From Eledone cirrhosa (taxonomy: Eukaryota), in contig OZ024741.1 in the NCBI GenBank assembly GCA_964016885.1, positions 305,226,001 to 305,290,000 on the forward strand: a stretch of 64,000 nucleotides of DNA, in the 5' to 3' direction. The notes beneath the pieces were generated by a model. The model had not been told where the DNA came from. It ran no database searches and worked only from the letters and a program-made list of their open reading frames with translations. Shown piece after piece: positions 15,286 to 28,649 of this stretch; positions within the stretch are counted from its first letter, which is position 1; each line of letters starts with the position of its first letter. The position numbers and the translations under genes were made by a program.

Positions 15286-17246
15286 CAATATAAACAGTTT
15301 TATAGATAAATATATTCGACATACCGTAATAAACATCAACTTCATTTGAAGAGGTTTACTCTAGCAGTGAAAATACAGAGAGAAAGAAAGAGAGAGAGAA
15401 AAGAGGGAAATAAGAAAGAAAGAAAGACAAAACGAAGAAAAGGAAGAAAAAGAAAAAGAAGAAATGCATGGGATAAAATAGAGAGATGGAAAAATAGATA
15501 AAGCGAAGACCTTCATGTAAAGAGACAGAAAGAGATATATATATATATATAGAGAGAGAGAGAGGAAATAGAGATAGATACATATATAAATATAGATATA
15601 GAAAAATTAGGTAGTGGGAGGTCATTTTGAGTAAGTGTATCAATGATGCATTTATTTATTTATTTATTTATTTATTTAGCTCAAGTATTAATGTAAGGGA
15701 GATATATAGAGAGATATAGAGAGATATAGAGAGAGAAAAAATTTAAAAATAGCCAGACATATTCGAGGCGTAGAAAACCCTATGTTTTAATGTATTTATA
15801 AAAGTTACACTATATTGTAAATATCAGTATTCCTGGATGAAACAAGTATTCACAATGCGTGAAAATTCATTATCTTATGTTTAGTTTTTTAAAAAATTCA
15901 TATGTCTATGTGAATCCAACTGATTCACTCCGCAAATTCAAAGTTACCGGAAAACATTCTCAATGTGGTATAAAAATTTGAGCGTATTATTATTCTTGCG
16001 ATTACTCTACAAGATTATCTATCAAGCAGAAATAGAGAGCAGATTTCAATATACTAATCGAAAATATATATTATATTATAAGCAGAGATAACAATAATAA
16101 TGATAATAAGTAAAAATATATAAAAATATAAAAATATAAAAATATAGAATAGAAAACTAAAAAAAGAATATTACGAAAGAATATTACATAATAAAAATAT
16201 TGCATATTAAAAATACTACGTATTAAAAATATTACGTATTAAAACTTTACATATAAAAATATTAAAAATAAAAATTTACATATAAAAATATTAAAAATAA
16301 AAATAAAATAAAATAAAAAATAAAAATATTATAGAATACTACAATACTAAAAGAATAAAAATAAAAATAAAAATAAAAATGAAAATAAAAATAAACCACA
16401 AAGAACAACCCTTCAAAGTTAATTGACAATATATTGCCAAGTTCACTACAAGACAAAGCCAAAATTATCTATCAAATCACATCTAGCAAGGAATATCGCA
16501 AAAAAGATTATGATGTCCAATAATGTCTACATATGTTCCTATATTTAATATATAAGTTTATCAAGTGTAAGGTTAATTCAAAAAATTTGGAGCATCGGCT
16601 TTTAGGGTAGCTTAATTTTTCATGAGGAATGTTTAGATAAAAATAAAAATAAAAATAAAAATAAATAAAATAAAATAAACAATAAAAAGAGTAAAAAGAG
16701 GGAATCAAAGATTTAGGAATCAAAAGATTTATCGGCTAGTTCTCATATAAATATAAATCAAACTAAATATACTACATTTTAAATTTAAATTTATATTTAA
16801 ACGTTGAGTTTAATCTATGTTTGCAACAACTGAATAAATTTGTCCGTAGGTTAAGGGAATTTTTAGATTTTAGTATAAAGAATATCTCCTCTGCGCAGAG
16901 GTCACATGTCTCAGAGGATGAATTAAAAGGAATCCCTCTTGAGACTATATTCCAAGCCGTCGAATATCTAACGTTATCTAGCTTAAGTTGCCAGAGTACA
17001 CCTGATAGTGCCGTTGAAGATTTTTTATTTGGATCTGTGAAATGCATTATCCCATGCATTTCTTCTTTTTCTTTTTCTTCTTTTTCTTCCTTTTCTTCGT
17101 TTTGTCTTTCTTTCTTTCTTATTTCCCTCTTTTCTCTCTCTCTTTCTTTCTCTCTGTATTTTCACTGCTAGAGTAAACCTCTTCAAATGAAGTTGATGTT
17201 TATTACGGTATGTCGAATATATTTATCTATAAAACTGTTTATATTG

Positions 17247-17312
17247 TATTTTGTCTGATGAAGGCATAGCATATTGTTAATATGATATCCCCGAAATATA
17301 TATAATGAAATA
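17247..17312 (+). ncRNA. Type I hammerhead (family 4)
   Basis: UAUUUUGU-CUGAUGA-AGGCAUAGCAUAUU GUU AAUAUGAUAUCCCC-GAAA-UAUAUA-UA/AUGAAAUA. Confidence 0.78.
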
Positions 17313-17445
17313 AATATGGTTTTATAAATATAGTTTTCCATTTATTTAATATTGTAAATATACTCCAAGTATTTGTCGAGTGCTTTTATATCAGTTATAA
17401 ATATTTACTAGTTGTAACCCAACAATTTTAAATATAACTTTACAT

Positions 17446-17553
17446 ATATATAATTATATATATATAATTATAATATATATATATATATATAATTATATAT
17501 ATATATATATATATAATTATATATATATATATATATATATAATTATATATATA

Positions 17554-17627
<74 letters not shown>

Positions 17628-17673
17628 TATATATATATATATATATATAATTATATATATATATATATATATA

Positions 17674-17723
<50 letters not shown>

Positions 17724-17739
17724 TATATATATATATATA

Positions 17740-17823
<84 letters not shown>

Positions 17824-17842
17824 TATATATAATTATATATAT

Positions 17843-17876
<34 letters not shown>

Positions 17877-18706
17877 ATTATATAATTATATATATATATA
17901 TATATAATTATATATATATATATAATTATATATATATATATATATAATTATATATATATATATCATTTTATATATATATAATTATATATATATATATATA
18001 TAATTATATATATATATATCATTTTATATATATATATATATAATTATATATATATATATATATAATTATATATATATATATCATTTTATATATATATAAT
18101 TATATATATATATATATCATTTTATATATATATAATTATATATATATATATATATCATTTTATATATATATAATTATATATATATATATATATCATTTTA
18201 TATATATATAATTATATATATATATATATATCATTTTATATATATATAATTATATATATATATATATATCATTTTATATATATATAATTATATATATATA
18301 TATATATCATTTTATATATATATAATTATATATATATATATATATCATTTTATATATATATAATTATATATATATATATATATCATTTTATATATATATA
18401 ATTATATATATATATATATATCATTTTATATATATATAATTATATATATATATATATATCATTTATATATATATAATTATATATATATATATATATATAT
18501 CATTTTATATATATATAATTATATATATATATATATATATAATTATATATATATATAATTATATATCTATATATATAATTATATATATATATATAATTAT
18601 ATATATATATAATTATATATATATATATATAAAAAATTATATATATATAATTATATATCTATATGTATAATTATATATATATATAATTATATATATATAT
18701 AATTAT
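17446..18706. repeat. (TA)n/TAATTA array containing a ~38 bp TATCATTTTA-marked minisatellite (~17960-18510)
   Basis: Directly visible. Confidence 0.95.
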
Positions 18707-19322
18707 AAATGGAATAGAATGAAACAAAATTTCATTTCTCACTCTCGAACAAACCGAGCATTATAATAAATGTTCGGTAAACTGATACGTGCATATATGT
18801 ATGTGTGCCTGTATGTATATATATACATGCTACTGTACGTCTGTAGACATATATGTATGTACGTATACATACATACTTACATTAAAGTAAGTGCCGTACT
18901 AAGAGTGAGAAATGAAATTTCGTTTCATTCTATTCCATTTATCGTTTTCGGTGCGCCTGGCCGACTGAACTCACTCGATATGCAAATTAGGCTGCTCAGC
19001 CGTTAATTTTCATTAGGAAAGTATATACTTTCGGACGTTCAACCATCTGGCAGAAAGGTATACGGTGCTGACGATAGCTAATAAGCTTGAAACTAGTACA
19101 TCGTTCCTGTGTCAGTGTTGAACAAAAAGGTGACGTGGTTGCCTAAACACTGTACGGTGTAATTCAGGCTGTTTGTTTGTTTACAAACGAACAAACCGAG
19201 CATTATAATAAATGTTCGGTAAACTGATACGTGCATATATGTATGTGTGCCTGTATGTATATATATACATGCTACTGTACGTCTGTATACATATATGTAT
19301 GTGCTTATACATACATACTTAT
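18707..19322 (+). mobile_element. Second family-1 HHR unit (~442 bp monomer plus ~135 bp wrap-around) with short 5' inversion
   Basis: 18747-18879 is repeated at 19189-19321. 18707-18745 is an inverted copy of ~18901-18940. Confidence 0.8.
19062..19104 (+). ncRNA. Minimal type I hammerhead (family 1) with palindromic helix III ACUAGU
   Basis: ACGGUG-CUGACGA-UAGCU AAUA AGCUU-GAAA-CUAG-UA/CAUCGU. Confidence 0.85.
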
Positions 19323-19389
19323 ATAATTATATATATAATTATATAAATTAAATTAATAATAAATCAATACTCACAAACTCATATGGGCA

Positions 19390-19417
19390 AATAATTATAT
19401 ATAATTATATATATATA

Positions 19418-19488
<71 letters not shown>

Positions 19489-19726
19489 GTATATATATAT
19501 ATATAATTGTATATATATAATTGTATATATATATATATATAATTGTATATAATTATATATATATATAATTATATATATATATATATAATTATATATATAT
19601 ATATATAATTGTATATATATATATATATATAATTGTATATAATTATATATATATATAATTATATATATATATATATAATTATATATATATATATATAATT
19701 GCATATATATATATATAATTATATAT
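19390..19726. repeat. (TA)n/TAATT(A/G) array
   Basis: Directly visible. Confidence 0.95.
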
Positions 19727-19856
19727 GCAAAAGTTTTATTTAAAATTGTTGGGTTACAACAAGTAAATATTTTATAACTGATATAAAGTACTCGACAAGT
19801 TTTGGAGTAGATATACGATATTAAACAAATGGAAACTATATTTATAAAACCATATT

Positions 19857-19922
19857 TATTTCATTATACATATTTCGGGGATACCATATTAAAAATATGG
19901 CATGCCTTCTTCAGATAAAATA
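19857..19922 (-). ncRNA. Type I hammerhead (family 4)
   Basis: UAUUUUAU-CUGAAGA-AGGCAUGCCAUAUU UUU AAUAUGGUAUCCCC-GAAA-UAUGUA-UA/AUGAAAUA. Confidence 0.75.
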
Positions 19923-21537
19923 CAATATATAAACAGTTTTATAAATAATTTTGACGTACCATAAATATTGAGCAACCGTTATGTAAGAAGCCGGTTTGGT
20001 AGTGAGATGTTTATAAATATTTAGTGTTAAGCACAGTTAAAAAGAAAGACAAAAAAAGAAGAAATGTATGTAAAGAAAAACAGAGAAATAGTGAGGAGGT
20101 GAAAAAAGAGAGGCAGCTGAAGGCAACATGAATAATAATAATTCATCATACAAATTGAGAGATTTAGGAGGGAGGGAGTACTGTAATTATTTAGTTATAG
20201 TGTTAAGGACAGTTAGGGAGGAGACGGAGAGAAATAAAAAATGAAGAGAAAACAGAGAGAGAGAAAGATAGAGATGGGGGGGAAAAAGAAAGAGGTAGAC
20301 CAAATAATAATAATTATATAGGGGGAGGTGAAAATCAAGAGAGAAATAGGAGAGAAATAAGAGAGAAACTTGAGAGGCAAAGTCAGAACAACAGATACAT
20401 AGACTTCATCATATATAAAGAGGGAGGAGAAGAAAGAGCTATATCTAGAGAGAGGGATGATAGATTTACATCTTTACGTTATGTCCTATCAATTTGAATT
20501 ATCAATTCATATGAACTGGGTAATATAATGTAAATATCAATATTCATGAATGAGACATAGATATATAATGTGTGAAAAATAATTTTGGTCAATAATGACC
20601 ATATGTTTAGTTTAAAATTCTGAGGTCGATGTACCAAAAACTGAGATAAAACTTTTAAAAAAAAAAAAAAATACGGAAATATATAAGTATATACATACAC
20701 ATGCATATGCACTTTCCGGAAAAGGAAAGAAAGAGAGAAAGAGAAGGTCATCTCAAGTTCTAGTTGATATTATAGACATACCCATGACTTTACGTGATCA
20801 ACTCTGTAATTTCTTGTTTCACAAAAAAAATTTTTTTCCTTGTGTTATAAAAGATTTCACTATATATATATACATAAAAAATAAACGATTAATATTCTTG
20901 CCCTCACATACATGATTATCGTTCATGTATAGAATATTATGCATATCTGTAACATATCCAGAACTATACCCACACATACATATAGATATATATGTATGCA
21001 CACATACGGTACATGGACAGATAAAATATACTCTGTAATCATTCCATATGCATATTAATACATATGGCCTTTGTACAGAGACAACCAGATATCAATATAT
21101 CAGCACAGAAATATCAAAACGTTAAAATATTTTCATCACTCCCTAGAGTATCTCGGGCCACAAAAACACAGTATGCCCCTATATCAACCACAGAAAACTA
21201 CCCTTCCAATTTATCTGACAATATATTGCCAAGTTCATTAGAAGCAATCAGAATCAAAAAGCAAACAAAACACCAAAAATTATCCAATAAAACTCATTCA
21301 GCAGAAATCATTTAAAGGATTTAGGAGACCCTGTTGTTCTACGGATGCTCTTATATTTAGTATAGAAGTTTATCTTGCGTAACATTTATTCAATAGATTG
21401 GGAGCATCTACATTTTAGAGTAGTTTAATTACATCATTAGTTTATATTTATGAAGAAGGTTTAAAAGAAAAAGTTGAAGGAATCGAAAGATTTATCGTCA
21501 GGTTTCATACATTAATTAAATATCTTAATTAATTATA

Positions 21538-23561
21538 CTACATTTTAAATTTATATTTATATTTAAACGTTGAGTTCAATCTATGTCTGCAGCAACTGAA
21601 TAAATTGCTCCTTAAATTAAGGGAATTTTTGGATTTTAATATAAAGAATATCTCCTCCACACAGAGGTCACATGTCTCAGATGAGGAATTAAAAGGAATC
21701 CCCCTTGAGACAATATTCCAAAACATCGAATACCCAACGTTATCATGTTTAAGTTGCCCGAGTAAGCCTGATAGTGAGGTTGAAGATTTTTTGTTTGGAT
21801 CTGTGAAAGAATTCTTATGATTATTGTAGCGGAGTTTAAATTCTGTCGAGGTGGAACCAACATAGTTAAAAGAATTTAAGTTAGTTTTAACATTACAATT
21901 GTATATTATATTTTTAACTAAGCAATTGTTATTTAACGGACATTTAGATTTATTTCTACAGTTACAGTCGTTTAATTGAATATTGTTTTGGTTATTATCG
22001 GTATTTTGGTTAGGTTTTAGATTCCTATTATTTATTCTGTTAATATTTTGTGCTAAATTTTTGGTGGACGAGTAAGTTAATTTTATAGTATGTCTATTAA
22101 AAATTGAGTGATATTTATGTGTTCTAGGGAAGCGTTTGTCAAGAGCATTACAAAATAGTTTAGCAATGTGGGTTTTAATATTTAGTGAGAAAGGGGGGGG
22201 GGGGCAAACCATATTATATTTCTAGTTCTATTTCTTTTCCGGCTTTTGGAATTATTGTAATGTTTTCTATTATAGTTGTTAAAGTTGTTAAAGTTGTTAC
22301 CGTAATTAAAATTGTTATTATTTTGGTTAGTTTGCCTATTATTATCGATGTACTTAATTTTATCACTATATCCTGCTCTAGCTAACGCTTCATTGTAATA
22401 CTGCGCTTTTTCGTCGAAAATATTTTTATTAGATGAAATTCTTGAGATACGTTCTTGAACAGAGTTCACTATAGTATTTTTAACAGATCTGGGGTGATTA
22501 GAGTTAAAATTGACATAATTCAAGTTTTCATTTAGTTTGTGAAATGGATAGTGAAGACATGTGTTGAGATTTAGTGTTACATCTAGGAAATTGACTATTC
22601 TATGGTTATTCTCTATTTCAATTTTTAGATTAAGGTAATTAAAAAATTGTATAATTTGTTTTCTTTTTCTATTTAGTTCAGAGTTATTATTTTCAATAAG
22701 TAAAAGCATGTCATCACGATATAATCCTCCGGTTACACCAGGTATTTTTCTATGCAGCGAATTAATTATAAATAGGCCCACAAGGTCCGTTACCTGAGTT
22801 GAGTCAGATGATCCCATAGTAATGTCGAAATTATTATCTCTATCTGCCCTAGTCCATAGTTGGTTATTAAATTCTATCAATGTTTTCCTTGCCGATAATA
22901 TAATGTGCATTTCATTGCTAGTTAGGTCTGTATGTTTGAATGCGTAATTTAGTGCCTTATTCGGTAGATTAGGGGTAATAGATGAATAGTAGTTAGCAAT
23001 ATCTAGTTGAATAAATTTATTATTATTGTTATATTTAATTTCTTTAAACCACTCAATAACCTCACCAGTCCCCTTCCATAAGTTTAAGTTAGGTAAATTA
23101 TGTAAGTTTTTAATTTGCTGTATCACCCTGTCTAGAATGTTTTTGCTAAGTTTACCCAGGTCAGATTTTGATGGTGCAATCAATCTGACTGGCAAATCAT
23201 TTTCAAAATTTCTTTTGTGATCTTTCATATTGATCTTGGGTTTCCTAGGCAAGAAGGGTTGTGTTTTGTTATCAATGTCTAACTCATGCATTATACAAGA
23301 TGCCTCAACATTCATTTTTTCCAGTTCGTCCTTATTTGCTACCTTGTACTTTTTCCTTAGTTCTTTCAATATAAGGCCATTATACATGTCTTTTTGCACT
23401 CCATAAAGGTTGTTGGTTTTGTCCGATTTCAGCAAGATCTTCTCTGTTCTCTCCAAGCCTTTAATATTATCCTTAATGCTTCTTAGATATTCCTGGCCTT
23501 TGAAGTTTCTCTTGAATTTGATTCCTTGGATGATAGAAATTATATCGTTTTCAAAATCCAT
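21538..23561 (-). pseudogene. PLE RT + GIY-YIG ORF split by one frameshift in a G/C homopolymer at ~22193-22204
   Basis: ORFs 22182-23561 (KSDKT, LDIANYYSSI, GLYRDD) and 21538-22212 (CNC..CPL..C, IIY..YVGST) overlap at the homopolymer. The frameshift could be an assembly error. Confidence 0.9.
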
Positions 23562-23648
23562 TGTTGGGGGGTGGATTTTTTTAAGATTTGAAAACTTTAT
23601 CTAAGTCTGAAACATTTTCATTTAGATTCGATTTATCAAAGTGGAAGG

Positions 23649-24108
23649 CAGATTCCTGATGATTTAGAAATCATCAGGAATCTGGGTATCAAAAAGTAAG
23701 TATGGTATTTATAGGTATCTTCAAGTGGTAGGAGAGGGTAGGGAGTGGGAATGGTGTAGGTCATTGGTTGATAGAAAAGGGAATTCATTAAAAGCTAATT
23801 CTTCAAAGCTATAGTTTATTTTTAGAGTAACAAAGGCAGAAAGAATTCTATAAACCAGTTTATAGAACTTGTTTATAGAATTCTTTCTGCCTTTGTTACA
23901 CTAAAAAAAAACTATAGCTTTGAAGATTTAGCTTTTAATGAATTCCCTTTTCTATCAACCAATGACCTACACCATTCCCACTCCCTACCCTCTCCGACCA
24001 CTTGAAGAGACCTATAAATACCATACTTACTTTTTGATACCCAGATTCCTGATGATTTCTAAAGAATGAAACAGTTCTAGTCCTGTAGAATCTCATCTAT
24101 ATTAAAAC
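23649..24108 (+). mobile_element. Fold-back non-coding HHR element (arms 23663-23855 / 23871-24063)
   Basis: ~190 bp inverted arms with a ~15 bp spacer. Complete HHR at the right end. Confidence 0.8.
24043..24093 (+). ncRNA. Type I hammerhead (family 5)
   Basis: AGAUUC-CUGAUGA-UUUCU AA AGAAU-GAAA-CAG UUCUAGUC CUG-UA/GAAUCU. Perfect 6 bp helix I. Confidence 0.85.
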
Positions 24109-24160
24109 TATATAATTATATATATATATATAATTATATATTTATATAAATATATAATAA

Positions 24161-24341
24161 TTGTTTCTACTTTAGGCACAAGGCCAGCAATTATCCCAAT
24201 GCATTACTGGTACTTTATTTTATCGACCCCGTATGGATGAAAGGCAAAGTTAACCTCACTGGGATTTGAACTCAGATCATATAGGGACGTAACTATGCTG
24301 GAAAGCATGGCGTCCGATCCTCTACCGATACTGCCAATCCG

Positions 24342-24345
<4 letters not shown>
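24161..24345 (-). mobile_element. tRNA-derived SINE (octopus OK-like)
   Basis: On the minus strand: A box TGGCAGTATCGG, B box GAGTTCAAATCC, then GCCTTTCATCC..GGGGTCGATAAAAT..GTACCAG. Several other copies in the window. Confidence 0.8.
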
Positions 24346-24390
<45 letters not shown>

Positions 24391-24394
<4 letters not shown>

Positions 24395-25836
24395 GTGAAG
24401 AGTTTAGCGTAAAAGTTGGTGTTCATCAGGGCTCTGTTCTTAGCCCCCTACTATTTATTATTGCCCTTCAGGCTATAACAGTGGAGTTCAAGACTGGCTG
24501 CCCATGGGAACTCCTATACGCAGATGATCTAACGCTCATAGTTGAATCAATGGCCGAGCTAGAGAAGAAATTCCAAATGTGGAAGCACGGCCTAGAATCA
24601 AAAGCCTTAAAATTAACCTGGCTAAGACTAAAGTTCTAGTTTGTAGGAAAGAAAATAAGGTGCCGGTCCCTTCCGTAAAATGGCCATGCTCAGTGTGTAG
24701 GAAAGGCGTAGGTAGAAACTCCATTTTATGTCCCAAATGCAAAATATGGGTGCATAAAAGATGTAGTGGGATCACAGGTAAGCTAACTAAGAACACAGAT
24801 TTTACATGTGGCCGGTGCTCTGGTGCAATAAGTAGCAGCAAGTGCCCACAAAATACTAGCTCTTTCAATTGCGCAGAGTGTTCTATAGAAATAGTGAACA
24901 GCTTCCGTTACCTGGGTGACAAAATCAGCAGTGGGGGAGGGTGCTCTGAAAGTACAGTAGCTAGAGTCAGAACTGGATGGAAAAAGTTCAGAGAGCTTAT
25001 ACCACTATTAGCCGCTAAAGGGTTCTCCCTAAAAATGAAAGGCAGGCTGTATGATGCCTGCATACGAACAGCAATGTTGCATGGCAGTGAGACCTGGGCA
25101 TTGTGTGCAGAGGATATACGCAGACTAGAGAGGAACGAAGCTTGCATGCTCCGCTGGATGTGTAATAGTAATATACGCGAACGGCAAAGCATAAACGAAC
25201 TAAGGGAAAAATTAGAAATAAGAGGGATCAGATGTTGTTTACTCGAGAGAAGGCTACGTTGGTATGGTCACGTGATGCGCATGAAAGACGACAGCTGTAT
25301 AAAAAAGTGCAGGGCAATAAAGATAGACGGTAGCCACGGAGTAGGCAGACCCAGAAAAACCTGGGACGACCTGATAAATTCCGACGTCACACACTTACAC
25401 CTCTCCAAGACAATGTCACTGGACCGAGATCTTTGGTGGTACTCAGTAATAGAGAAGACCCGCCTTACCTAAATACAAAGTAAAACCTACTACAGTCAGT
25501 AGGCATCTCTAACACCCCGTCCCATCCACACCGCCCCTTTCAATGTAAAGTTATGTTGGTGCCACAACATCCAGTCTGAAACAAATGAGGTTGTGTAGGT
25601 GTCACGACAAAAAAACACACAGTCCACGCTGTAATGTGGCCGTGTAGGCAACACGGTAAAAACCTCCCAGTCCCACACTGTAAATGTGGTTGGTGTTAGG
25701 AAGGGCATCCAGCTGTAGAAAACCCGCCAGACAGTCCTATGCGAGCAAGACAACCACTCTTGCCTCAAGTGGGAAAACTCCCGTCCAAACCCATGCAAGC
25801 CTGGAACATGGACGTTAAACGATGATGATGATGATG
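24391..25836 (+). mobile_element. 5'-truncated RTE LINE with one frameshift near 24605
   Basis: GVHQGSVLSPLLF, YADD, Cys-rich finger, RTE C-terminus, UTR and (GAT)n tail. Confidence 0.95.
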
Positions 25837-26159
25837 TATATATATATATAATTATATATATATATATATATGTAATTATATATATATATATATATATATA
25901 ATTATATATATATATATAATTATATAATTATATATATATAATTATATATATATATATATAATTATATATTTATATATATATATATAATTATAAAGAATTA
26001 CTATATCTACCGACATATGTATACAGATGCATACCTATACTAGCAAATATATATGTTTTGTCTTAGTAACTTTGTGGTTCTATGCAAGGGGATGCAGAAC
26101 AATTATATGAAAGACGTAAATAAGAAAGTTATGAAAATTGACTTACTTACTAAAATTTC

Positions 26160-26240
26160 ACTCCAACTAATTAGTTTCTGTAAGGGGATAAATATAGTTA
26201 CGGAGTGTATCCATAGAGAAGCCTTACGTCATCAGGTAGT
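26160..26240 (-). ncRNA. Type I hammerhead (family 6)
   Basis: Inverted copy of 26699-26779 with one helix I mismatch. Confidence 0.72.
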
Positions 26241-26698
26241 CTATTCTCAGCTAAGCTTCCAGGCAATGCGGGGACAGTGGGAACTTATATAAAAATAATT
26301 CAGTGGATGGAAAAAAGCGAGCGGGGCTAGATTCCAAGACATTGAAAAATTCACTGCCTACTTGGTCAAGTGGCAATAGGTATGCATCTGTATACATATG
26401 TCGGTAGATATAGTAATTCTTTATAATTATCTCCAAATTATTTGTTGAGCAAAATTTGCCGAAATTACTACTGTGATTAATAGTAGTGGCTAGGCTCTGT
26501 CTTAATAGCACCCCCACTCCTGGCTGATTAACCTCAGTGTCACGTGATTGATTCTTTTGAATTTGCCACTTGACCAAGTAGGCAGTGAATGTTTCAATGT
26601 CTTGGAATCTAGCCTCGCTCGCTTTTTTCCATCCACTGAATTATTTTTGTATAAGTTCCCAGTGTCCCCGCATTGCCTGGAAGCTTAGCTGAGAATAG

Positions 26699-26779
26699 AC
26701 TCCCTGATGAGGTAAGGCTTCTCTATGGATACACTCCGTAACCATATTTATCCCCTTACAGAAACTAATTAGTTGGAGT
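26699..26779 (+). ncRNA. Type I hammerhead (family 6) with long helix II insert
   Basis: ACUCC-CUGAUGA-GGUAAGG..~35 nt..CCUUACA-GAAA-CUAAUUAG-UU/GGAGU. Helix III palindrome ACUAAUUAGU. Confidence 0.85.
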
Positions 26780-26830
26780 GAAATTTCAGTAAGTCAATTT
26801 TCATAACTTTCTTATTTACGTCTTTCATAT

Positions 26831-26943
26831 ATATAATTATATATATATATATATATATATATAATTATATATTTATATATATATATATAATTATATATAT
26901 ATATATATAATTATATATTTATATATATATATAATTATATATT

Positions 26944-26976
<33 letters not shown>

Positions 26977-27553
26977 ATATATATAATTATATATTTATAT
27001 ATATATATAATTATATATATAATTATATATATAATTATATATATAATTATATATATATAATTATATATATAATTATATATATATATATATAATTATATAT
27101 ATAATTATATAATTATATATATATATATAATTATATATTTATATATATATATATATATATAATTATATATTTATATATATATATATAATTATATATTTAT
27201 ATATATATATATAATTATATATTTATATATATATATAATTATATATTTATATATATATATATAATTATATATTTATATATATATATAATTATATATTTAT
27301 ATATATATATAATTATATATTTATATATATATATATATAATTATATATTTATATATATATAATTATATATTTATATATATATAATTATATATTTATATAT
27401 ATATATATATAATTATATAATTATATATTTATATATATATATATAATTATATAATTATATATTTATATATATATATATATAATTATATAATTATATATTT
27501 ATATATATATATAATTATATAATTATATATTTATATATATATATATATATAAT
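26831..27553. repeat. (TA)n/TAATTA array, ATTT variant
   Basis: Directly visible. Confidence 0.95.
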
Positions 27554-27726
27554 TAACGAAGGAAATGTGGTAAGGAACCAGGTGGACCATAACGCACCAA
27601 AGTACTCAATACTTAGGGTAGTAGAGTGGGTAATAGGAACAAGTAAGACCCCGACGGCTGAGCTCAAGCCGTTTCGACGGCTAATTCTGGATTGAGCTCA
27701 ACCGTCGGGGTCTTACTTGTTCCTAT
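27554..27726 (-). mobile_element. Very short PLE 3' fragment (family-2 HHR 3' half) with small inversion
   Basis: 27633-27691 matches the reverse complement of 5841-5898. 27693-27726 is its inverted duplicate. Confidence 0.75.
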
Positions 27727-27780
27727 ATATAATTATATATTTATATATATATATATATAATTATATATATATATATATAT

Positions 27781-28020
27781 AAGCACCCAGTCCACATTGT
27801 GAACAGGTCGTGTAGGCGCCATGGTAAAATAGCACCCAGTACTCACTGTAAATGAGGTTGGTATTAGGAAGGGCATCCAGCTGTAGAAATCAAGCCAAAA
27901 TCAGTTTCTGTATGAGCCAGACAAGGTCACCCAACCTGACATTGCCCACAACAGGACAACCTGTCTAACCCATGCTAGCGTGGAAGAATCGACGTAAAAC
28001 GATGATGATGATTTTATGAT
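27781..28020 (+). mobile_element. RTE 3' UTR-type fragment with (GAT)n tail
   Basis: AGGAAGGGCATCCAGCTGTAGAAA..ACCCATGCTAGCGTGGAA..GATGAT. Confidence 0.8.
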
Positions 28021-28046
28021 AATAATAATAATAATACGTTTATTGA

Positions 28047-28134
28047 CATGTGACGCGAGTTTCATGATCGATCAGCTCAAGGTATGATCGCTATCGATTA
28101 AGCTTGACTCTGGAATTCCAGCTCATCAGATTAG
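28047..28134 (-). ncRNA. Candidate degenerate hammerhead
   Basis: CUGAUGA ... GAAA-CUCGCG-UC followed by AATAAA. Helices I and II pair poorly. Confidence 0.35.
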
Positions 28135-28394
28135 TGTATTGTTTAACCCCTTAGCATTGAAACCAGCCATATTCGACCAGAATTCTTTCATCTCCTGTTC
28201 AAACTGGTCGTAACTGAATGCTTATACTGATGTTAAAGTATTGTTCTCAACATAAAAACATCTAAATCTCATAGATATAATATGTATGTATAAATATTTA
28301 TATATATATATACATACATACATACATACACATTTATGTATTTGTTCTGTAAGCTTCTTGATGTGTTGATATGAAATTGTGTGTTGAAACCAAT

Positions 28395-28620
28395 ATTGTT
28401 ATATTTGGGGGTTGTCAATATTGCAATATAATTTTCACTTTATCTTCATCTTTATTGTTCATTATTCATTCGTTTGTCAATGTTCTTTTGTCACACATTC
28501 TGTAACCTCCTCAATTGACAAACGAATGAATAACAAGCAAAGATAAAGTGAAAATTATATGGTGCATGAGTTTCTTTCTATTGACAATATTGGCAACGTC
28601 ACCATCCCCAATTATAACAC
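28395..28620. mobile_element. Fold-back fragment of the repeat family also seen at 59370-59748 and 32437-32480
   Basis: ~28397-28481 is inverted at ~28515-28619. Shares TGTTATATTTGGGG..CAATATTGC. Confidence 0.65.
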
Positions 28621-28649
28621 AATATATGTATATATAAATATATATATAT

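Larger units (their letters stand above)
15088..17445 (-). mobile_element. Heavily truncated Naiad-type PLE with inverted terminal arms
   Basis: EN C-terminus at 16772-~17043 (CDLCAEE..LNLRT..CKHR). 15088-15476 is inverted at 17047-17445. HHR in both arms. Confidence 0.9.
19727..23648 (-). mobile_element. Naiad-type PLE, 5'-truncated, with ~1.8 kb 3' non-coding region
   Basis: RT+EN frames plus a 3' terminus homologous to 15088-15330, including the HHR. Confidence 0.92.
25988..26830. mobile_element. Family-6 non-coding HHR unit, permuted and folded back
   Basis: ~26106-26376 is inverted at ~26563-26830, and 25988-26038 is inverted at ~26377-26427. Homologous to the tandem unit at 50471-50991. 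Confidence 0.8.
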
